From assembly GCA_034716235.1 (NCBI GenBank), contig JAYEHH010000032.1, forward strand, positions 370 to 64,369: DNA of 64,000 nt, written 5' to 3'. The position numbers and the translations under genes are program-made. This document shows positions 52,020-59,400 of the stretch, in pieces. Source of the DNA: Patescibacteria group bacterium (lineage in GTDB: Bacteria; Patescibacteriota; Minisyncoccia; CAIUEV01; JAHKAQ01). How positions within the stretch are numbered: the first letter of the stretch is position 1; each line of letters opens with the position of its first letter. The notes beneath the pieces are model-generated. The model saw only the letters and a program-made list of their open reading frames with translations, was not told the DNA's origin and ran no database searches.

Positions 52020-53057
52020 ATGGAGATACCTATAATAAATATATATTACCTACTTTGTTATGCTTGGGATAAACTTGAAGAAAAAGATGTTGTTAACGTA
52101 AAAGAAGAAGATCACACTAAGTTACTTGATCTTTTTGCAAAGATATTAATTAACGGAATGAATCATCTAATCAGGAAAGGATTGGACAGAAATTACATTG
52201 ATATCAAAGAAGATTCAAAGAGAATTAAGGGAAAGATTAATTTCAATGAAACACTGAAAAGGAACTTGTTGGTACGATGTGAAATTAGTTGCGAATTCGA
52301 CGATTTTAGTTACAACATTCTTCACAACAGAATTATTAAAACAGTGATTGGAGGATTAGTTAGAAATGATGAGGTGGATCAGGAGCTGAGGGACGAATTG
52401 AATAAAATCTATCGATTATTGAAAGAGATTGATGAGATAAGGCTTTCCTCAAAAATATTTAATGCTGTAAAATTAAACAGAAATAATTACTTTTATGATT
52501 TTCTGATCAAGGTATGTAGGCTGATATATGAAAATTATTTAATCACGGAAGAAACGGGCAAGGGGAAATTTAGAGATTTTATAAGAGACGAAGTAAAAAT
52601 GAGAATGCTCTTCGAAGATTTTGTTAGGAATTTTTATAGAAAAGAACAAAACGAATTTTCTGTAACAAGGGAATTGATTGCATGGAATGTTAAGGCTGAG
52701 AATGATGAAGATATGAGTTATATGCCGAGAATGGAAACCGATATATCGCTAAAATCAAAAAGTAAAAAAATAATAGTTGATACAAAATATTATAAAGAGG
52801 CCATTAAGGGTCAATATAAGAATAAAGAAAAGTTAATATCCAATAATTTATATCAAATGTTTGCCTACATAAATAATATAGAAAACAAAGGAGGTCTAAA
52901 TAAAAAATGTACTGGAATATTACTTTACCCAACAGTTAAAAAAGATTTGGATTTAAAATATAAAATACCAAATCATAACTTACAAATTAAAACAATAAAT
53001 CTAAATCAAGAATGGAAAAAAATTCATAAAGACTTATTAAGTGTAATTATGACTTGA
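52020..53057 (+). CDS. mcrC: McrC-like PD-(D/E)xK nuclease partner of McrB
   Basis: Starts 5 nt after the mcrB stop; McrC signature D-x-K in IIVDTKYYK with upstream acidic residues and QMFAY. Confidence 0.7.
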   Translation: MEIPIINIYYLLCYAWDKLEEKDVVNVKEEDHTKLLDLFAKILINGMNHLIRKGLDRNYIDIKEDSKRIKGKINFNETLKRNLLVRCEISCEFDDFSYNILHNRIIKTVIGGLVRNDEVDQELRDELNKIYRLLKEIDEIRLSSKIFNAVKLNRNNYFYDFLIKVCRLIYENYLITEETGKGKFRDFIRDEVKMRMLFEDFVRNFYRKEQNEFSVTRELIAWNVKAENDEDMSYMPRMETDISLKSKSKKIIVDTKYYKEAIKGQYKNKEKLISNNLYQMFAYINNIENKGGLNKKCTGILLYPTVKKDLDLKYKIPNHNLQIKTINLNQEWKKIHKDLLSVIMT

Positions 53058-53131
53058 AAATCCCTATGTTTATAAATTTTAAAAACAATTTAGAATAGAA
53101 GATAATCATCTATTTATATTTATATAACCCA

Positions 53132-54349
53132 ATGCAACAATTTTCTCATTCAAAATTACAAACCTATGAAAGATGTCCCCTGCAATATAAGCTCCAATAC
53201 CTCACCAATCTAAAGCCGGAGCAGGAAGAGACAATAGAAGCCTTTGTGGGTAGCCGGGTCCATGAGACTCTGGAACTTCTTTATCGTGATCTACTGCGAA
53301 CAAAACTAAATTCTTTAGCTGATCTTTTAAAGTTCTATGATAAAATTTGGAGAGTAAACTGGAGCAATGACATAGTTATCAATAATAAAGAATTTAAAAA
53401 GAAACATTACTTTGATCTTGGAAAAAAATGTATTAAAAATTATTATGAAAAATATAGCCCTTTTGATCAGGATCAAACAATTGGAATTGAGAAGAGGATT
53501 AATTTACAATGGGGAGACATTGGAATAGTGGGATACATTGACCGTTTAGCTAGAGACAGCCAGGGTATTTATTCTATCCATGATTATAAAACGGGTGCCA
53601 TCATGGAACAGAAGTACGCAGATCAAGATCGTCAGCTAGCCTTGTATTCAATTGCCGTTAAGGAAAACTTTAGAGAGGCCAAAGAGGTAAGGTTAATTTG
53701 GCATTTTGTAGCTTATGGCGAAGATGTTATCTCGAAACGGACAAATAAGGAATTGGCTAAGCTAAAAAATGAAATGCTGTCCCTTATTGAAGAAATTAAT
53801 CTTGCAGAAAAAGAAGATAATTTTCCAGCCAAAGAAACTAAATGTGAATGGTGCGGATATTGGCAGTATTGCCCAAAGAAAAAGCATTTATTCAAAACAG
53901 AAAAACTTCCAAAAAATAAATACCTACAAGATAGTGGAGTAAAACTAGCAAAAAAGTATATTAATTTATCACAACAAAGAACTGTCATAAACAAACGAGC
54001 TAAAACTAAGGGGGAAATAATTAAGCAAGAAATGCTAAAGATTCAAGAAGCTATCCTAAAATATACCCAGAAACATAAAATAGATGTCTTGGCGGGAGAA
54101 AAAATGCTTGTAGCTATTAATAAGAGTAAGAACTATACCTTCCCTACAAAAACTACTGACATTGAAAAATACACTGAATTGGAAAATTTATTGAAAAAAA
54201 GTAAGTACTGGAACGGTGTATCTTCCGTCAATGCCCAAAAAGTTAGTCAATTATTGGAAGATGATGGGATTGACAGTAGATTAAAGCAGAAAATTATTGC
54301 CCTTGCTCCACTTGAAGAATCTACTAACTTATCAATCAGAAAAAAGTAA
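53132..54349 (+). CDS. Cas4/RecB-like PD-(D/E)xK nuclease with 4-Cys cluster and ~150-aa C-terminal extension
   Basis: N-terminal SKLQTYERCPLQYKLQY, GYIDRL, IHDYKTG (D..D-x-K), QLALYSIA (QxxxY), CEWCGYWQYC. Confidence 0.7.
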   Translation: MQQFSHSKLQTYERCPLQYKLQYLTNLKPEQEETIEAFVGSRVHETLELLYRDLLRTKLNSLADLLKFYDKIWRVNWSNDIVINNKEFKKKHYFDLGKKCIKNYYEKYSPFDQDQTIGIEKRINLQWGDIGIVGYIDRLARDSQGIYSIHDYKTGAIMEQKYADQDRQLALYSIAVKENFREAKEVRLIWHFVAYGEDVISKRTNKELAKLKNEMLSLIEEINLAEKEDNFPAKETKCEWCGYWQYCPKKKHLFKTEKLPKNKYLQDSGVKLAKKYINLSQQRTVINKRAKTKGEIIKQEMLKIQEAILKYTQKHKIDVLAGEKMLVAINKSKNYTFPTKTTDIEKYTELENLLKKSKYWNGVSSVNAQKVSQLLEDDGIDSRLKQKIIALAPLEESTNLSIRKK

Positions 54350-54910
54350 ATGGAGCTTCTAGAGAAAACCATCAAGCATATAGAAAAAAAGAAAAGGGAT
54401 AATTCTAATAAAAAAGAGCTATTGGCAAACAACAGACATCCTAAATCTGCCCATTATTATAAAAAGGAATGGTCATTTATTGAGTTTGTACCAGCTAGAG
54501 AAAATATTACCTATCAGTTACAGTATTTAGAGTATATGACCAATTTATACAATGACTACCAAATGTATTTAACGATTGAATCTTTACATTGCAAGAACAT
54601 GATGATTACCATTGCCTCAATAATGGAATGTGCCCTCTATGACCTCTTGTATCAGTTAGCCAGAAAAAGGTCAGATATTGGTTTTGATGAAAGAGAAGAT
54701 TTTTTAGCAATGATTGATTTAGGGTTTCGGGGAGGTTTACTTAATGAACAAATGAAAAATTTGCTACATGAGCTTCGGAAAGTTAGAAATTTTGTGCATA
54801 TTTCTAATTTGGAGCATAAAGAATACGAAGCTTATGATATTGAGCAAGTAAACAACTATATTATACTTTTAGATAATTTTAAGGATAGAGTTAGGGAGAA
54901 GATTAAATGA
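54350..54910 (+). CDS. Hypothetical protein translationally coupled (TAAATG) to the upstream nuclease; possible HEPN-like Rx4-6H motif
   Basis: C-terminal LHELRKVRNFVHI fits R-x6-H; the start codon abuts the upstream stop. Confidence 0.3.
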   Translation: MELLEKTIKHIEKKKRDNSNKKELLANNRHPKSAHYYKKEWSFIEFVPARENITYQLQYLEYMTNLYNDYQMYLTIESLHCKNMMITIASIMECALYDLLYQLARKRSDIGFDEREDFLAMIDLGFRGGLLNEQMKNLLHELRKVRNFVHISNLEHKEYEAYDIEQVNNYIILLDNFKDRVREKIK

Positions 54911-54950
54911 AAATAATTAGGGTTATACTCCCCTGCTGCATTCTTTCTTA

Positions 54951-54976
54951 AAAGAATTACGTAATTAATTACTTAC
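54951..54976. repeat. Repeat copy R8 (aagaattacgtaattaattacttacc module)
   Basis: Identical 26-mer at 56013-56038; variant at 46491-46515. Confidence 0.7.
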
Positions 54977-55031
54977 CAGTAACCCCACTTCCAAAAACAA
55001 TTCTAAAATAACATAGATTAATAGAATCTGA

Positions 55032-55922
55032 ATGCCTCCAAAACCTAAAAAAATAGATGTTGATGTTAATGATTTTTTCAGAAGAATTGTTAGATTAAAA
55101 AAGAAAAAGAAATTTGCAAATTTCTTAAAATTTATTAAACGAGTACCAAAACAATCCCCTTTAAATGACTCTCTCGTATTCATTCAAAATTGTAATTGTT
55201 TTTATTATGCAACAGCTAAGCAATGGAAGAATAAATTTGGAAGAAAAGTAAAAGATGATGCGCAACCATTGATCGTATTAGTTCCATTTGGTCCCGTTAT
55301 GTTCGTATATGATATTAAGGATACCAAGGGAAAATCTCTAGATAAAAAAAATTTGTTTTGGTGGAAAGAAAAAGAAGGATATTTTCACGAAAGTATTTAT
55401 TTGAACACAGCCAATAACTGTAAGAATGTTGGGATAGATTATCGTATTGGTAAAAAAGAACAGTATATATTTAAAGAGGGTCTACAGACTTTCGGATATG
55501 CTGGAAAAAATATAAATAATAACTTACGTAAAATTGAACTACATCCTAAATATCAAAATGGAATCAATATAAAAGAAACTTATGGAGTATTATGCCATGA
55601 GTTGGCTCATCATTTGCTTGGGCATTTGGGAGAAATAAAAATTGAGATACCAGTGCAGATGAGTTTATTTTCATCTAAGGTCAACGTCCGTCACAAAAAA
55701 ATAGCTCCGAGTGGTAGAGAGTCTATTGATGATAATATTAAAGAGCTTGAAGCCGAATTAACTGCTTGGATAGTATTTTCCTGTTGGGGTATGGAAAAAA
55801 ACTCAGAAGCATACATGGCAAATTGGCTGATAGATAGCAATGATGCAAAAGAAATAAACTATCCCTTAGTTTTTAAGGTAGCTGGAACGATTAAGCGAAT
55901 GGCGCTCGGTAAAATTGCGTAA
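55032..55922 (+). CDS. ImmA/IrrE-type (M78-like) HExxH zinc metallopeptidase with N-terminal region weakly resembling the ArdC-N ssDNA-binding domain
   Basis: CHELAHHLLGH (HExxH...H); N-terminal FYYATAKQWKNKFGRKVKDDAQPLIVL resembles the ArdC-N TFKQA..GG.VRKGEKG..VV consensus. Confidence 0.5.
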   Translation: MPPKPKKIDVDVNDFFRRIVRLKKKKKFANFLKFIKRVPKQSPLNDSLVFIQNCNCFYYATAKQWKNKFGRKVKDDAQPLIVLVPFGPVMFVYDIKDTKGKSLDKKNLFWWKEKEGYFHESIYLNTANNCKNVGIDYRIGKKEQYIFKEGLQTFGYAGKNINNNLRKIELHPKYQNGINIKETYGVLCHELAHHLLGHLGEIKIEIPVQMSLFSSKVNVRHKKIAPSGRESIDDNIKELEAELTAWIVFSCWGMEKNSEAYMANWLIDSNDAKEINYPLVFKVAGTIKRMALGKIA

Positions 55923-55961
55923 AGAAATATATCAGTACAATTATCCCAAACATACTATTTG

Positions 55962-56038
55962 GCTTGATTAAATGGGTAGAAAGTGGCTTAATGGGGAGGG
56001 AAATAGAGAAAAAGAATTACGTAATTAATTACTTACCA
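55962..56038. repeat. Repeat copy R9 (both R7 and R8 modules) at the right edge of the island
   Basis: gattaaatgggtagaaagtggcttaatggggagg...aagaattacgtaattaattacttacc. Confidence 0.75.
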
Positions 56039-56142
56039 CCACTAAAACAATAATCTATTCAAAATAATAATTCAAAATAATAATTCAAAATACCTACAGG
56101 ACTGGAAAAATATAGTTGCTAATGCTAATCTAAAACTAAGTT

Positions 56143-56350
56143 CGTAAAGTATAACTTCTAACGTTTCGTCTAGGCGTCCCGGGATTTCCGTCCGGCATGC
56201 GCCAGATTACATTTTCCTGCCTACCGGCAGGCAGGAAGCTTTAGCGAAGACTGGTCATCCCCTGGATGAAAAATTGAAAATTAGAAATTGAAAATTATAA
56301 TAAAGTATTCCTTAATTGAAAATTGTGAATTGAAAATTGAAAATTCTCTT
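56143..56350. repeat. Repeat copy R10 upstream of valS: gttcgtaaagt word, cgtctaggcgtcccgggatttccg, exact ttttcctgcctaccggcaggcagg module, then a ttgaaaat word array
   Basis: The 24-mer ttttcctgcctaccggcaggcagg is identical to 1189-1212. Confidence 0.75.
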
Positions 56351-56351
56351 T

Positions 56352-58736
56352 ATGTCCAAACTTCTCACCGAAAAATATAACTTTGAGCGAATAGAAAACC
56401 AATGGAAAAAATTCTGGGAGGATAAACAATTATTTAAGTTTCGCTACAACAACCAGAAACCATTCTTTGTTGTGGACACTCCTCCCCCTTATGTTTCAGC
56501 CGATCATCTGCATGCCGGCCATATCATGTCTTATGCTCAAGCCGAATTTATTGTGCGCTACAAAAGAATGCGGGGCTATAATGTCTTCTACCCAATGGGC
56601 TTTGACGACAATGGCTTACCCACCGAGAGATTTGTAGAAAAGAAATATAATCTAAATAAGGGCAAAATAAAACGCTCAGAATTTATTAAAATTTGTTTGA
56701 AAGAGACTAAAAAGGGTTCCCTGGCTTACAAAAAGTTATGGAACGATTTAGGAATTTCAGTTGATTGGAGCAAAACTTACAGCACCATTAGCCCCTTGGC
56801 TGTAAAAGTTTCTCAGCGATCAATTATCGATCTCTATAAAAAGAAAGCTCTTTATAGAGGTGAATCTCCAATTTTATGGTGCCCTTCCTGTCGAACAGCT
56901 ATCGCTCAAGCCGATCTAGAAGACGTAGAAATAGAATCTCAAATGAATTACCTAAAATTCAAATCTGGCAAGAAAGGCTTAATCATAGCTACAACCAGAC
57001 CAGAGCTTCTTCCTGCTTGCGTAGCTCTCTATATTAATCCTGGAGATAAACGATATACCAACCTAGTAGGCAAGAAAGCGCAGGTACCACTTTTTAAACG
57101 TTCCGTTCCCATAAAAACAAGCTCGGAAGTGGTTATGGATAAAGGCACTGGAATAATGATGGTTTGCACTTGGGGTGATCAAGAAGATTTAGCTAAATGG
57201 AAAACCGATAAATTAGACACTCGACATATCTTAGAACAAGACGGTCGATTAAATAAATTGGGTGGCAAATATCAGGGATTGAAAATAAAAGTTGCTCGTC
57301 AGCAAATTATTGATGATCTTAAAAAGGGTGATTATTTGATTAAGCAAGAATCAATTAAGCATTCCGTGAATGTTCATGAAAGATGTGGCACTCCTGTAGA
57401 ATTGATTCCCAGCAAGCAATGGTTTATTAGAATTATCAATTTAAAAAAGAAATGGTTGGAATATAAAGATAAATTAAATTGGCATCCGGCTAGAATGGCC
57501 AAAGATTATCAGATGTGGGTGGATTCTCTAAAATGGGACTGGTGTGTCTCAAGACAGCGTTATTACGGGGTCCCCTTCCCCCTTTGGTATTGTGCTAAAT
57601 GCAAAACTCCAATTTTTGCTACCGAAAAAGATTTGCCGGTCAATCCTATAGAAGAAGCTCCTTCAATTAAAAAATGTCCTAAATGTGGTCACACTAAATT
57701 TGAACCAGAAACCGATGTTCTAGATACATGGGCAACTTCTTCCTGCACCCCTTTCCTCCTAAAAGAATTAGTTAGAGATGAAAAAGTAAAAGAAAAACTT
57801 TTTCCAGCTACTTTAAGGCCAAACGCTTTTGAAATTATAAGAACTTGGGACTTTTATTCAATTGTTAAAAGCCACTATCATTTTGGCAAATTACCCTTTA
57901 AAAATATTATGATTTCCGGACATGGGCAGGATGAGCAGGGAAGAAAATTTTCCAAAAGATTAAACAATTACGACCCTTCTGATAAATTACTTAAAAATTG
58001 GGGGGCGGATGCTATTAGATATTGGGCTACTGGATCTTCTTTGGGACAAAATTTACGATTTAACCCTAAAGAAGTTAAAAAAGGTAAAAGAACTACCACT
58101 AAGCTTTGGAATGTAGGTAGATTTTTAGCAATTAATTCCGAGGATTCTACTTTAAAAAACATTAAAACCGCTACTACTCTAGAATATGCTGACATTTGGA
58201 TTATTGAGGAATTAAATAAAACAATTCAGCAAGTAACTGAAGCTTTTGAAAATTATGCTTACGCTAAAGCCAAAAACGAGTTAGATTCTTTTTTCTGGTC
58301 TAAATTAGCCGATTATTACATTGAATTTATCAAATATCGTCTTAATGGTGACAAAAAAGAGTCCCGAGATATGGCTCAAACTACTCTTTCCACCGTCTTC
58401 CTGTCTGTTTTAAAAATGTATGCTCCCCTCCTACCTTTTATAACTGAAGAGATCTACCAAGATTTATTTAAAAAAACCGAAGCCAGGGAGAGCATTCATA
58501 TTAGCGATTGGCCTAAAATTATAAAAATTAAAACATCCACCGATATTAAAGATTTTCAAGAAGCTCTAGATGCCATTAACGAAATCAGAAAGTACAAGAC
58601 TACTCAGGGAATATCTTTAGGATTTGAGTTAGAAGAATACTCCTTAAAGACCAAAGTTAACCTTCCCAAATATCAAGAACTCATTAAAAATGCCATTAAG
58701 GTAAAACAATTATTGCCCGAAATTAAAAGTTCTTGA
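56352..58736 (+). CDS. valS: Valyl-tRNA synthetase (class Ia aaRS). The alternative in-frame ATG at 56337 lies inside the word repeat.
   Basis: [14 protein letters not shown] (HIGH), IVRYKRMRG (ValRS-like), editing-domain [24 protein letters not shown] resembling E. coli ValRS [37 protein letters not shown], KFSKR (KMSKS variant). Confidence 0.7.
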   Translation: [794 protein letters not shown]

Positions 58737-58817
58737 TTCTCCTTAAAAAATTCGGTATACTTTTTATAGAAATTAACAACGAACTAAATTGTTCAATTTT
58801 TAACTTGTAATATTCAT

Positions 58818-59384
58818 TTGATCATGGCTAAAGCAAAAAAATCTTTTCTCCAAAAATTAATCGGCAAAGAAGACGAGGTAGAAGAACAGGTTGACTATGA
58901 GACAGGTACTGCCGAAGACATGGGACAAAAAATAGATATTCAAGGAGACCAAATGCCCCCTCAAGAAGGGCAAGAGGGACAAATGCCCCAAGGAGGACAA
59001 CCACCCCAACAAGCAGGTGATAACCGTAGTAGTAATGAATGGGTGGCTGATCAGGAAGGACAATTGACTATTGACGTTTATCAGACAGAAACCGACATTG
59101 TTATTAAGTCTACCATCGCTGGAGTTAAACCAGAAAATTTAGATGTACAAATTAATAATGACATGGTTACCATTAAGGGAGAACGAAAACAAGAAGAAGA
59201 GATTAACGAAGAAGATTTTTATTATCAAGAATGTTATTGGGGATCCTTCTCTAGATCAATTATCTTGCCCGTAGATGTTCAAGCTAATAAAGCAGAAGCT
59301 ACTATGAAAAATGGCATTCTCACCATAAGATTACCCAAAGCAGACTCTGCCCAATCAAGAAAAATTCAAGTAAGAGGATACTAA
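58818..59384 (+). CDS. Small heat shock protein (Hsp20/alpha-crystallin) with Q/P/G-rich N-terminal extension
   Basis: Alpha-crystallin domain (DVYQTETDIVIKSTIAGVKPENLDVQINNDMVTIKGER...ATMKNGILTIRLPK). Confidence 0.85.
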   Translation: MIMAKAKKSFLQKLIGKEDEVEEQVDYETGTAEDMGQKIDIQGDQMPPQEGQEGQMPQGGQPPQQAGDNRSSNEWVADQEGQLTIDVYQTETDIVIKSTIAGVKPENLDVQINNDMVTIKGERKQEEEINEEDFYYQECYWGSFSRSIILPVDVQANKAEATMKNGILTIRLPKADSAQSRKIQVRGY

Positions 59385-59400
59385 GTGTGTTTAAAAAAGT

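Noticed and set aside
46229-56350. Integrative mobile element (prophage/ICE) interpretation of the island
   Set aside because: No integrase, transposase, tRNA target, phage structural or conjugation genes and no clear long direct repeats of the flanking gene ends. Repeat-bounded cassette exchange fits better, though an ArdC-like gene hints at past mobile-element contact.
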